A stretch of DNA of 53,476 nt from IMG/VR virus record IMGVR_UViG_3300046524_000235; one strand, 5' to 3'. The notes under the pieces were generated by a model that was given only the letters and a program-made list of their open reading frames with translations, had not been told where the DNA came from and ran no database searches. The first letter of the stretch is position 1. Each line of letters begins with the position of its first letter. Origin of the DNA: a virus (taxonomy: Duplodnaviria; Heunggongvirae; Uroviricota; Caudoviricetes). The position numbers and the translations under genes were made by a program. Positions 1-9,038 of this stretch are shown here, piece by piece.

Positions 1-283
1 GGACTTCATGGATTGAGTCTACAACATCCTTGGATTCTTTGAGCCCCAAGTTTCCTTTAACTTCACGGACGAGCTTAATCGCCTTAACCCTGTCTGCACT
101 CTTACCGATTTGATACTCCAAATCCCAAACGTACAAAATCTGTTCCACGAGCCAGTTGGGAAGATCGATAGAATCCGGGGTCCTAGTCAACTCAGGGATG
201 ATACGGTATTCAACGCGGTGATTACCTGCAACAACGTCTTTAAGCAAAACCGGTTTGAACAAGTCCGAACGATATGTGCTCAT
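1..283 (-). CDS. Protein with ribosomal bL12 (L7/L12) C-terminal-like domain, truncated at window edge
   Basis: Not in the ORF track. ATG at 283 after AAGGA; translation includes RVKAIKLVREVKGNLGLKESKDVVD, matching the bL12 CTD pattern K-x-x-IKxVR...LGLKEAKDxVE. Confidence 0.65.
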   Translation of the reverse strand, partial: MSTYRSDLFKPVLLKDVVAGNHRVEYRIIPELTRTPDSIDLPNWLVEQILYVWDLEYQIGKSADRVKAIKLVREVKGNLGLKESKDVVDSIHEV

Positions 284-324
284 GTCTTTGGTCCTTAAAA
301 AAGGTTGTAGTTATCTGTACTTTA

Positions 325-355
325 CTTATACCAGTTTCTATCTTCAAAATTCAAA
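325..355 (-). promoter_or_regulatory. Early-type promoter (TGGTATAAG)
   Basis: TTGAATTTTGAA...TGGTATAAG on the minus strand upstream of the bL12-like gene; motif recurs 9 times in the window. Confidence 0.55.
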
Positions 356-373
356 ACGGGGCACGTAGCCCCG
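353..373 (-). terminator. Intrinsic terminator
   Basis: CGGGGC-TACGT-GCCCCG-TTTT just after the 380..751 ORF. Confidence 0.55.
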
Positions 374-379
374 ACAAGA

Positions 380-751
380 TTACTCTAACCAGCCTCGTAA
401 TTTGAGTTCTGAGGTGAGCCAGTTATAAGCTTCGGTTACTACTCGTCCATAGTCTTCTATGAAGTGTGCATTTTCCGAGTGCGGGCCGAAATCATAGTCT
501 TTGCCTTCGAAAATGAAGTAGCCAAGAAACGGAAGATGACTGAACCATGTAGCTGCGTTGGAGAGGTAGAAGTGTTTATTAGTTTCCCACTCTAAGAACG
601 TAGTACCTTCCGGAGGATCTCCAAGTACATCTTGGATGAGTCCGTCAAATATGGTGACTAACGCAAAGTGGCCATCGACCCTGATTACCTGCAATTGGTC
701 TTCAAACGTATGTTTAGATTTCATGTAGTTTCCTTGGTCGTGAGAAGGCAC
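380..751 (-). CDS. Hypothetical protein (probable start ATG at 724)
   Basis: ORF with AAGGA before MKSKH, a promoter motif upstream and a terminator downstream. Confidence 0.6.
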   Translation of the reverse strand: MPSHDQGNYMKSKHTFEDQLQVIRVDGHFALVTIFDGLIQDVLGDPPEGTTFLEWETNKHFYLSNAATWFSHLPFLGYFIFEGKDYDFGPHSENAHFIEDYGRVVTEAYNWLTSELKLRGWLE

Positions 752-779
752 TACTGGGTGTTACTATCCTTCTTATACC

Positions 780-1345
780 AAAAACTGGACACATGTCCAG
801 AAATGTCCAATTTGTCAAAAACCTCGGATCCTTACTGGGTAAGGCTTTGCGGGGAGCGTGTCCAGTTTGTCCAATTTCTCTAAAAAAAACTGGACAGCTG
901 AAACCTAAGCCCAGTAAGGCTTTGCGGGAGATTGTCCAGTTTTTTGGCCTTTTTTCCAAAAACCATACCTCACTTTCTATTTGAGAAATAAATTTACCAA
1001 AAAAGAAAAACATAGGGTTTCCACTAACAGTCCAGAAAACAGGGGGTACTATATATATATTTATATTTGAACTTTTAAAAAATATATTTATATATAAGAG
1101 AGTGGGGTAACAGTTTTGCTAGTTTTTTATTTCTAATAGAAAGTGAGGTATGGTTTTTCTGAAAACCTCGAAAAAACTGGACAAAATCGCTGTGAGCCTT
1201 ATCCAGTATGGGTTTGAGCCTGTCCAGTTTTCTAAAAAGTTTCTGGACAAACTGGACACACTGGCCGCAAAGCCTTGCTGGGCTTGGGTTTCAGCGTTTC
1301 GAAGAAAATGGACATTTTTGGACAAAACTGGACACGTCCAAAAAC
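780..1345. repeat. Palindromic iteron-rich element with AT core, copy A
   Basis: About 15 TGGACA/TGTCCA motifs, a perfect 24-bp inverted arm pair (958-981 / 1135-1158) and an AT-rich core (~1050-1097). It is the reverse complement of 47053-47611. Confidence 0.9.
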
Positions 1346-1526
1346 TTCTTGTTTAACTCCTCCTCTTTACAAGGTCAGAATACTCTTGGATTGGATTACA
1401 GCCTCTAGGAGCCTCTGAGAGGGCCTAGTGAGTAGCCGAGTAGCACCTGACCTCTAGAAGCCTCTTAAATCGTCTCTAATAGAGTCAGATTCTTTTAACA
1501 CTAAAATCGTTGACATAAGATCTTGA

Positions 1527-2171
1527 GTGATAGAGAATCGGATGATAATCAAATACAAAGAAAACGCTATGAACGAAGCTTCTATTCTTTCGGGGTTCAC
1601 AATGAGCGACATCCAAGAGATGATCGATGAGAATCCTTCTCTCCGTGGATTCCTACAAGGGTATCTCGCTGAACGTGCATTGAAGACTCAGATCTTGGGT
1701 ATTCCAGGAGTAACTTCCGTAACCAAGATTCAAGACAGAGATTCAGACAAGGGTGACTTCAGAGTTGTGTACAAAGGTGTACCTCTCTCAATTGAGAGCA
1801 AGTCGATAGTGACTTCCTCAGTTAAAGAAGACGTTCTCTCACAGAATTGGCAAGGTACAGTAGCTGTCAAGAACACAGACAAGAGAGAAGTTACTGTTGA
1901 AGGTGTTGGAACTATTCAGACTACAAAGCTTTATCGTGGCCAGTTTGACATTCTTGCAATTTGCTGTTTCGCAGTTAGTGGAGAGTGGGACTTTGTATTC
2001 ATCGAGAATAGATTCATTCCAGGTGCAGAAGAAAGCAACGACTTACTCAAGACCAAGTTCACTGTCAATCCAAGCACTACTCCTTGTCTCACCCATGACC
2101 TCGTTAAACTCATGGAAAAGACTTTAGAAATCAAGGCTCAAGCCTTACAACCAGAAGCTTTAGCCGCTTAA
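1527..2171 (+). CDS. PD-(D/E)XK restriction-endonuclease-like protein
   Basis: GYLAE ... GDF ... IESKS motif order fits the PD-(D/E)xK fold. Confidence 0.55.
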   Translation: MIENRMIIKYKENAMNEASILSGFTMSDIQEMIDENPSLRGFLQGYLAERALKTQILGIPGVTSVTKIQDRDSDKGDFRVVYKGVPLSIESKSIVTSSVKEDVLSQNWQGTVAVKNTDKREVTVEGVGTIQTTKLYRGQFDILAICCFAVSGEWDFVFIENRFIPGAEESNDLLKTKFTVNPSTTPCLTHDLVKLMEKTLEIKAQALQPEALAA

Positions 2172-2200
2172 AATATCTGAGTAAAACGGATCCCTACACC

Positions 2201-2803
2201 ATGAATGACAATGAAATTGTTATGAACCTTCTAGACTTTTACAAACGTAAAGGTATCGATTTATATAAGGTTCTTGACGACCCGACTTTTAAGTCCCTAG
2301 GCCGAGACACTCAGCTTAAGGCCCTGCAGATGTATGCTAACCATATTCTCGCAGGTACACCTCAAGGTTTCTCAAAGAACGATTTCAGATCAGTTCTTAA
2401 AAACACTTTTATGCAAGCAGGCATCGGAGCGGTATCAGGTGGTGCTACAGCATTTGGCCTTTCTAAGGCATTTAGAGGCGGCTCAGTACCAGCTGAAGCA
2501 TTGTTGGCAGGTGGTATCTTCGGTGGTATGTCTGGAGCCTTCAGCGGGATCCTAGGAGCTGTTGGTAGAGCGAATGATCGTAGGTTCATGAGAAGTGAAC
2601 TAGAGACGCTTACTAATACGCCTACTCCAGGTCATGCTCTAAATGTTCTTACAGCAAATCATATTCGCGCTGGTCAACTTGAACCAACGAACAAGGTTTT
2701 AGAAGCAGTACGTGAAAAGGTTAGAACTTCAGTAGACGCTAGTCGTGACGAACAGGTTAAGTTCTTTGTAGAACAGCATAACCTCGACAATGAACGCATG
2801 TAA
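2201..2803 (+). CDS. Hypothetical, probable virion protein with Gly-rich hydrophobic segments
   Basis: ORF in a plus-strand late block; contains GxxxG-rich helices. Confidence 0.6.
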   Translation: MNDNEIVMNLLDFYKRKGIDLYKVLDDPTFKSLGRDTQLKALQMYANHILAGTPQGFSKNDFRSVLKNTFMQAGIGAVSGGATAFGLSKAFRGGSVPAEALLAGGIFGGMSGAFSGILGAVGRANDRRFMRSELETLTNTPTPGHALNVLTANHIRAGQLEPTNKVLEAVREKVRTSVDASRDEQVKFFVEQHNLDNERM

Positions 2804-2823
2804 CGAACTAAGATATAAACACT

Positions 2824-3711
2824 ATGCTAGCATACACACTTAAAGAAATTCTCGATCTTGTGCCGGAAGCCGCTTCATTTGTAAAGCAGGCTTCTGTAGA
2901 GCAAGAAATGCCCCTTGACAACAAGGACTCTTGCATCGCTACGGCCCTGCAAATGAAGTACCATGAAAAGGTCGCTTACAAGGCCGTAGACGTTTTTGCG
3001 CTAGATAAAGTTGCAAAGGCTGTCGAAGCTTATGGCGTTCAGACTGAAGTAGCTGCACTAACTGACCGTATGGTCAAGGCTGCTGCACAGCGCACAGCTA
3101 CAGCTGCTGCCATCGCTACTGACGACTACATGACCAAGCAAGCTTACTTCGAAGGCGAACTCTCAGGTCTTCGTGTAAACGGTACTCTTTCAAAGCAAGC
3201 TGCTGAGCTTTATGATGAAGCTAAAGAAAAGGGTATTGAGCCTAGCGAAGCCGTAGTACGTTATTCAGGTAACGGCTACATGGATAAGGAAGCTGCAGTT
3301 AAGGCACTTGCTAATCGTTTCTACGAAACCAAGAATCCTTCATTCGTTAAACTGGCTACTGCAATCCACAAGCTTCCACATCAAATTCGCCCAGAGACAG
3401 TTCGTGACATTTGTGATACAATTTCAGAAATGGACAAGCAAGCTGGTCTAGTCACTAAGGGCTATAACTTCTACAACGAAACAATCCATACCAAAGAAGC
3501 TTCACTACGGTCATCACTGATGGTTAAGCTGTGCGGTAAGGACGTTCCATTTGAGAAAATTGCAAAGCTTGGTAAGGGTCATTTCTCATCAATGATGGGT
3601 TCAGATATCGGTAATGAGTTCGACCACGGTCCTGCTCACTTCAAGCAAGTACTTGAAACCCTACCGATGGATCTGCAGAAAGTAGCTCTCCACCTAACTA
3701 AAAACGTATAA
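2824..3711 (+). CDS. Probable internal head/scaffold-type protein with repeated K-x-A motifs
   Basis: Ala/Lys-rich helical protein with about 11 KxA motifs (KQAS, KVAK, KAAA, KQAY, KQAA, KEAA, KLAT, KQAG, KEAS, KIAK, KVAL). Confidence 0.45.
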   Translation: MLAYTLKEILDLVPEAASFVKQASVEQEMPLDNKDSCIATALQMKYHEKVAYKAVDVFALDKVAKAVEAYGVQTEVAALTDRMVKAAAQRTATAAAIATDDYMTKQAYFEGELSGLRVNGTLSKQAAELYDEAKEKGIEPSEAVVRYSGNGYMDKEAAVKALANRFYETKNPSFVKLATAIHKLPHQIRPETVRDICDTISEMDKQAGLVTKGYNFYNETIHTKEASLRSSLMVKLCGKDVPFEKIAKLGKGHFSSMMGSDIGNEFDHGPAHFKQVLETLPMDLQKVALHLTKNV

Positions 3712-3713
3712 GC

Positions 3714-4277
3714 ATGTTTGACGAAGAAGATATCGGCATTGAATTGAAAGCTCCTGATCCTAGGTTGGCAATGGCTTCAATTTCACACATCAAAGCCTCC
3801 TTGGATCGTATCTTCGGCAAGGGTGAGTGGAGAGATTTAGAAATCGAAACTATCTCTATTACGCTCGGTATGGTACTTGACACCTTAACTCGTGATAAGA
3901 TTAGTGTTCTTCAGCTTATCGAAACTCAACCAGAACTGTACTTCGAAGACGCTGCGTTTACTCTGTATGCTACAGACGTTATTAATAACATCGAAGCAGA
4001 CTTTGAATTCGTACCTGCACCTACGACTCTTGAGCTAGCATACGCAATTACTGAAGTCCGTAAGGTTCTGACAGAGAACGGTATTTACATTCCAGTCGAG
4101 TCAACAGGTCTTGTAGCTACAGCTGCATACATGCTTAACCAAGAAGGATACTCAGTACCAGTAGCTCCATTTGACTTCATCCCCAATGAGATGCTGTCAG
4201 AAGGTCAGACTACAGAAGATACTGAGAACAAAAAGAAAGCTATTAAGCGTTACATTAAAGAAATGAGTGGTGACTAA
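3714..4277 (+). CDS. Hypothetical protein
   Basis: 187-aa ORF tightly packed in the operon. Confidence 0.7.
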   Translation: MFDEEDIGIELKAPDPRLAMASISHIKASLDRIFGKGEWRDLEIETISITLGMVLDTLTRDKISVLQLIETQPELYFEDAAFTLYATDVINNIEADFEFVPAPTTLELAYAITEVRKVLTENGIYIPVESTGLVATAAYMLNQEGYSVPVAPFDFIPNEMLSEGQTTEDTENKKKAIKRYIKEMSGD

Positions 4278-4685
4278 ATGTATTCAATCGAAATCGAAGT
4301 AAACAACCCAGTTACCATTACTGCTCAAGGGCCAAGCACAGGTCTTACAGCCCCACCTGACCAAATTCTTCTTTTCAATGGTGCAGTAAGCGTTCTTCCA
4401 GTTACGTTTGCCCCTGTCGCAGGTCCTCTATATAACTTGACATTTACACCTACTGTTACTGGCACATACTTGCTTTATGCGTTTGGTGTTATTCAAGGAG
4501 TAGTAAATGTAGTAACTCAATCGCTTTACACAATTACCAAGAATATCCAAGATGAAGCCGTTGGTAGCTGGCAGTGGGATAAAACTGCTGGTACACTGAT
4601 TATGCTTAGACAAGACGGTACGACCCTGGCTCAATTCACTGTCACAGATAATTTAACGATGTCCAGTCGTGAGCGAATCTCGTGA
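4278..4685 (+). CDS. Hypothetical beta-rich virion protein
   Basis: Thr/Val-rich ORF abutting the previous gene and followed by a terminator. Confidence 0.6.
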   Translation: MYSIEIEVNNPVTITAQGPSTGLTAPPDQILLFNGAVSVLPVTFAPVAGPLYNLTFTPTVTGTYLLYAFGVIQGVVNVVTQSLYTITKNIQDEAVGSWQWDKTAGTLIMLRQDGTTLAQFTVTDNLTMSSRERIS

Positions 4686-4702
4686 GCGCTTGCAACTAAG
4701 CT

Positions 4703-4739
4703 AAAAAAAAGCCCCTCGTAAAACAGGGGCTTTTTCTTT
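4703..4739. terminator. Bidirectional intrinsic terminator
   Basis: A8-GCCCCT...AGGGGC-T-tract between convergent genes. Confidence 0.85.
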
Positions 4740-4744
4740 GCTAC

Positions 4745-6016
4745 TTAAAACTGACCGACGTTATCCCACACTGATGGCCGTGCTTCTTCTGCAGCCGCTT
4801 CAGGAAGAGCGAAAGATACGTTGTTAGCTTCAGCTTCAAAATCTACCAACGTAGGACCACTTACCTCGCCTACCAAGGGTTCCGAAGTTCCAACAAGTCC
4901 ACTATAGACAGGAGTCATCTCAACATCCATCGGCTGAACCTGAATGATCGGACGAAGCTCCTTGACCTTGGCTTTCTTCTTGGGCTTCTCTGCTTCTTTA
5001 ACTACCGGCTCGCCAGACGTCTGAGCCTTGATCAGAGCATCCACTTCAAGAGCATTACGACGAATGAACATATTCAGTACGTCAACGGCGTTAATGCCAG
5101 TCAGTCCTCCAAGCATTCCAGCACAACCCGTACCGATTTGAGTCAAATCAGCGTCGCCATGAATCATCTTGTTGCGATATTCCACAACTGTATTCTTCGT
5201 ATACGAGGTCGATCCACTGACGATATCAATCGACACCGCATTGTAGTCGATAGCCTTGTTATAGAAGTGATTCTGCACGAACGACAGAATGTACATAGCC
5301 ATCAATGAATTGATAGCCAACGTCTGATCAAGATCTGCACAACTACCGAGACCAGGATTGTCTTCCAGATCACGATAGAAATAGTAGTCGAATGGAATGT
5401 AGCTCAGATGATCGTGTGCGTACTCAATACGTTCCGGATTCTTGAAATGCGGACGCGCAGCTTCAGCACTACCATAATCGAAGTCAACAAAGCCGACGTT
5501 GTGGAACATACGGACTTGACCAAAACTGTCTTCGTTGCCTGCATCAATGAACACCGTGGGATCACCGTTAACGGAAAAAGTTTCGATAACAATACGACGA
5601 GCTTTGGCACTGTCAACACACATGATAACCATGTCGTTGAAACGATGCTGAATATCAAGGCCGCTTACTTCCGATAGCAGACTGCGGAAGGCATACGGAT
5701 TCGTACCTTCTTCAATGAACTTCGGATAAGCAACGACGTTCATGCCATATGCCTTTGCATATCGATTGGCCAGTACTGCAGCCTTGTTCTTACCAACATC
5801 GCTCTGAACGAAGTTCTGACGAATCAGATTCTTCTGCTCAACAACGTCACCGTCAACCAAGACGATGTTCGTGGTACCGAGCCAACCAGACGGTACGTGT
5901 TCTTTCGTGATGGAACGGATGAATTGAATCAGTGCCGGTACCAGCCGTGAGCCAGTTCCACCGCAGCCAACTACAAAAATGTTCGAAGGAATAGAGGAGG
6001 GACGAAACGTAAACAT
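4745..6016 (-). CDS. ThiF/E1-like ubiquitin-activating enzyme (PRTRC ThiF type)
   Basis: VVGCGGTGS nucleotide loop, DGDVVEQKNLIRQNF, CVDSAKAR, DAGN, candidate catalytic Cys in GSCA. Confidence 0.9.
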   Translation of the reverse strand: MFTFRPSSIPSNIFVVGCGGTGSRLVPALIQFIRSITKEHVPSGWLGTTNIVLVDGDVVEQKNLIRQNFVQSDVGKNKAAVLANRYAKAYGMNVVAYPKFIEEGTNPYAFRSLLSEVSGLDIQHRFNDMVIMCVDSAKARRIVIETFSVNGDPTVFIDAGNEDSFGQVRMFHNVGFVDFDYGSAEAARPHFKNPERIEYAHDHLSYIPFDYYFYRDLEDNPGLGSCADLDQTLAINSLMAMYILSFVQNHFYNKAIDYNAVSIDIVSGSTSYTKNTVVEYRNKMIHGDADLTQIGTGCAGMLGGLTGINAVDVLNMFIRRNALEVDALIKAQTSGEPVVKEAEKPKKKAKVKELRPIIQVQPMDVEMTPVYSGLVGTSEPLVGEVSGPTLVDFEAEANNVSFALPEAAAEEARPSVWDNVGQF

Positions 6017-6092
6017 AAAAAATGACTCCGAAAGTTAGACAACATATAGGCGCAATGACCTTGTTTAAGGACGTGGTGGTCCGTTCAATACT

Positions 6093-6101
6093 CTTATACC
6101 A
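6093..6101 (-). promoter_or_regulatory. TGGTATAAG promoter element upstream of E1 gene
   Basis: Same -10-like motif as other minus-strand units. Confidence 0.5.
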
Positions 6102-6342
6102 AAGAATCGGTATTTAAAGGACGAGGTCCAGTTTCTTCCCCGATGATAGCTACGTTGTTACCAGCAGAGAGAGCTGCATCAAGTTGCATCTCAAAATTCT
6201 TTTCTGTTTCTTTTTTATTGTCAGGCTTCATAGCGCAGTCGAAACAAATCATCGCACCTTTATGGCCGTAAGGTCGAAGCTCATAGCTGTCGAAATTTAC
6301 CTTACAGTAAGCACATGCTATTTTCTTTTTTTCTTCAGTCAT
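6094..6342 (-). CDS. Small C4 zinc-finger protein
   Basis: CAYC ... CFDC pairs. Confidence 0.6.
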   Translation of the reverse strand: MTEEKKKIACAYCKVNFDSYELRPYGHKGAMICFDCAMKPDNKKETEKNFEMQLDAALSAGNNVAIIGEETGPRPLNTDSLV

Positions 6343-6444
6343 TGTGAGACTCTGCCAGCCATTCCAAAAAATGATTGTAATTTTTGAATCGACGCCGTTT
6401 ATCCGGATGGGCTTGACGCTCTAGAAAATACAAAAACCACTCAG

Positions 6445-6651
6445 TCATGTTGTAGTGCATTTCTCCCCCTTATCATTTTCGTACCTAGCAATAGCCATGC
6501 CAATTAGAAACGATAATCCATCGACACTGAAAGATGCAGAAATGAATGGGGGCGTTCCTTCTCCACCAGTCGTAATACAATGTGCTGCAGTGTGAAAATC
6601 TTTAACCAAATGGACAGTATTTTTATACGCCCAATCCATGACTTCACTCAT
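6445..6651 (-). CDS. Hypothetical protein
   Basis: 68-aa ORF with AGGTGAG upstream, co-directional with neighbours. Confidence 0.45.
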   Translation of the reverse strand: MSEVMDWAYKNTVHLVKDFHTAAHCITTGGEGTPPFISASFSVDGLSFLIGMAIARYENDKGEKCTTT

Positions 6652-6665
6652 CTTCTCACCTATCT

Positions 6666-6697
6666 AAAAAAAGAAGCGCTCGGTTAGGAGCGCCTCT
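6666..6697 (-). terminator. Intrinsic terminator after JAB gene
   Basis: AGAGGCGCTC...GAGCGCTTCT-T tract. Confidence 0.7.
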
Positions 6698-6703
6698 GAA
6701 TCC

Positions 6704-8017
6704 TTAATGGATACCGTTCATCTGGATACGTTCTTGAGCACTGTCAGGGAGTTCCTGATACAGACGCTTGAACAATTCCTCTTGACCTTCTTCTGACATC
6801 ATATGAATCATATCTGCCATCAGAGTTTCTACGAGTTCATCCTTTCCGTTCAGCACAGCCATGCCATCATCGATCAAACAATAGATGTCAGCAACGTCTT
6901 TGCCATGAACTTCCTTGACTTCTTCATAACGTTCATCACAGTCAAACGTGGTGTTAGCATCAGGATCGAAATCAGGATTGTATGGAAACAACTGCGGATG
7001 AGCGCTCAGATGAGACTCTTCATACTCAGGGTTCTCACGAAGAACAGCCAGAGCACGTTCTGCCTTATCAAGCGTAAGCATAGACGTGTCGATGATACCG
7101 TCAGCGTCTACTGCATCAGGGTTGAAGGCCCAGGACTCCCAGGGGAAGCCTGCTCCAGCTCCAGCGGCAGCTGAGTGCTCCTCCCAATAGTTCCCATAAC
7201 CATCGGGAAGTAACCCCCTATCACGAGCCTGCATATGTGGCCCTGCCCGATTTCCTACGTCCTCGCTTCCGCCCCTTGTGTACTGCCAAGGCTTTAGATG
7301 ATCCGCTTTTCCCTTTGTGTTGTTCCCTCCAGTCGAATATCCAGGACTCGTAGTTACGATCTTGGAAATCCAATCTTCAGGAATTGCTTGCTCTTCACGA
7401 GTAGGGAGGACGAAGATGTCATCGAAGTTGCAGTCGATCTTCTTGTCCTTATAGTTAAAGCGCCACACCGTTTGAGGAGTTTCATCCTTCAGACGACCGA
7501 TCACACCCGAGAAACCGATATTGCCACGGTCATCGTTATTGTCCGTGGTGCTGAAGAATGCACCCATCGTATTGTGACTATGAATGTCACACACGATAGT
7601 CTTGCCAGCAGGCAGGGAGTTCCAGTCATACGATGCCGAAGCCTTCGACACACGTTGCTCAGGAACGATCAGATGATAACCACTCTCTTGATCCCAACAA
7701 ACCCAGATCATTGCTTCAAGCTCGGACTTCTTCACTTCCATCACTTGCTTGAAAAAGGCCACGACCTGATCAAACAACTGGATAGGAATCTTGCCGTCAG
7801 GCAGGAAGTTGATTTCTTGCGAGATCTTTCCTTCCTTATAGTTTGTCGGAAGTTTTTCCACCTTGAGTCGCACGAAACGATTACGACCACGAAGCTTGTG
7901 ATGCTTGATAATACCTTCGCTGGTCATTGCGTAGATTTCGCTATAACCAGCGTCTACTGCTGCTTGAAGTTCATTGGGAAGAACAACGCAGCTAATGTGT
8001 TGGCTAATGATTTCCAT
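6704..8017 (-). CDS. JAB/JAMM metallo-isopeptidase (PRTRC protein A-like) with long acidic C-terminal extension
   Basis: ELEAM ... DIHSHNTMGAFFSTTDNNDD fits the E...HxH-x7-S-x2-D JAMM motif. Confidence 0.85.
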   Translation of the reverse strand: MEIISQHISCVVLPNELQAAVDAGYSEIYAMTSEGIIKHHKLRGRNRFVRLKVEKLPTNYKEGKISQEINFLPDGKIPIQLFDQVVAFFKQVMEVKKSELEAMIWVCWDQESGYHLIVPEQRVSKASASYDWNSLPAGKTIVCDIHSHNTMGAFFSTTDNNDDRGNIGFSGVIGRLKDETPQTVWRFNYKDKKIDCNFDDIFVLPTREEQAIPEDWISKIVTTSPGYSTGGNNTKGKADHLKPWQYTRGGSEDVGNRAGPHMQARDRGLLPDGYGNYWEEHSAAAGAGAGFPWESWAFNPDAVDADGIIDTSMLTLDKAERALAVLRENPEYEESHLSAHPQLFPYNPDFDPDANTTFDCDERYEEVKEVHGKDVADIYCLIDDGMAVLNGKDELVETLMADMIHMMSEEGQEELFKRLYQELPDSAQERIQMNGIH

Positions 8018-8031
8018 TTGTATATCCTTGA

Positions 8032-8784
8032 TTAACGCGAATAACCACGAAGTTTGTTGTACGGGAATGCAAGATTGTCTTTAGCAGTTTGTGCAAGAAG
8101 TTCGAACCACTGATTAATAGTCATATCATCACCTCGAACAGAACGCAGACCCAGGTCATTGTTGAACGGGGATTCGAACAAGAACTGATAATACCAGTTC
8201 AGACCTTGAAGGTTGTTGTCCTGAAAGATCGAAGGCATTGAATTGCCACCATAACACATACGACCTTCAGGATACGTGTTCGGGAACGGAGAAATGAACA
8301 CATGATTGCTGTGGTCTGGATCCCAGATTAAACCCTTCGGTAATGCACCAACCTTGGAATCTGTACAGAAGAACCTAGACTCAGTTACACGCCACTGCTT
8401 TCCGTTATGCTTATCAAGCTTGTGACTGATAATGAAGTTCGGCGTCTTAAGCGTGTACTTCGTATCCAAGTGAGCCATCTCAGCAATCCGCTCAGCATAG
8501 TAACAGCTGAGCTGAATCGAGTTACCAGACTTCGCAAAGAAGAAACAGTTTGCAGGAAGCTGGAATCCTTCAAGAGACTCTTCATTACGACGATTCAGAA
8601 TCGAGTTAATGATGCTCCCGAAATCTTCGTACGTAATACGCTTTTGAATCTGACTCGTGTCATCACCAATCAAAGCTGCTACACAATCTTCAAAGAGAAT
8701 AATGTGTTGGCCTTGTGCGTTGACAAGCTCCACTTGTTCTTCCACATTAACTTCTTTAACTTCATCAACAATAAAGTCGCTCAT
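8032..8784 (-). CDS. Prokaryotic E2-like conjugating enzyme (PRTRC protein B / E2 family D-like)
   Basis: SPFPNTYPEGRMCYGGN resembles the E2 active-site PN...G.(I/M)C motif; FFxSxFN-like tail (LFESPFNNDL); context with E1, JAB and Ubl. Confidence 0.75.
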   Translation of the reverse strand: MSDFIVDEVKEVNVEEQVELVNAQGQHIILFEDCVAALIGDDTSQIQKRITYEDFGSIINSILNRRNEESLEGFQLPANCFFFAKSGNSIQLSCYYAERIAEMAHLDTKYTLKTPNFIISHKLDKHNGKQWRVTESRFFCTDSKVGALPKGLIWDPDHSNHVFISPFPNTYPEGRMCYGGNSMPSIFQDNNLQGLNWYYQFLFESPFNNDLGLRSVRGDDMTINQWFELLAQTAKDNLAFPYNKLRGYSR

Positions 8785-9038
8785 ACGAAATCCTCTTCAT
8801 CCTCTTCAACAGATGCATGTTTGGCTTTAACAATTCCCATTTCAATGGTCTTAACGCTAACCTTACGCCTGGAGGTAGTCTCACAAGCATAGGTTTTAAT
8901 CGTTACCTTAGCCATTGTTTCAAGGTCTTTAGCACTGAGATCGCTTCCGATAGAATTGAACTCTCTCTGTGCTTCCTTAACTTCCGATGACAGATCAGGT
9001 AGAGCTGTCGCTTCCGATATTAAACGCTGCAGTATCAT
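8781..9038 (-). CDS. Hypothetical protein in Ubl cassette
   Basis: Overlaps both neighbours, with an ATGA overlap at the E2 start. Confidence 0.55.
   Translation of the reverse strand: MILQRLISEATALPDLSSEVKEAQREFNSIGSDLSAKDLETMAKVTIKTYACETTSRRKVSVKTIEMGIVKAKHASVEEDEEDFV

Noticed and set aside
668-1408. Overlapping short ORFs, e.g. 714..1013, similar to 47368..47691
   Set aside because: They fall within the palindromic repeat; the similarity reflects the DNA repeat, and the translations are low-complexity with no RBS.
6803-8892. Long antisense ORFs (7298..8035, 8407..8892; also 10108..10503 and 48344..49300)
   Set aside because: Shadow frames of well-supported minus-strand genes, explained by codon bias.
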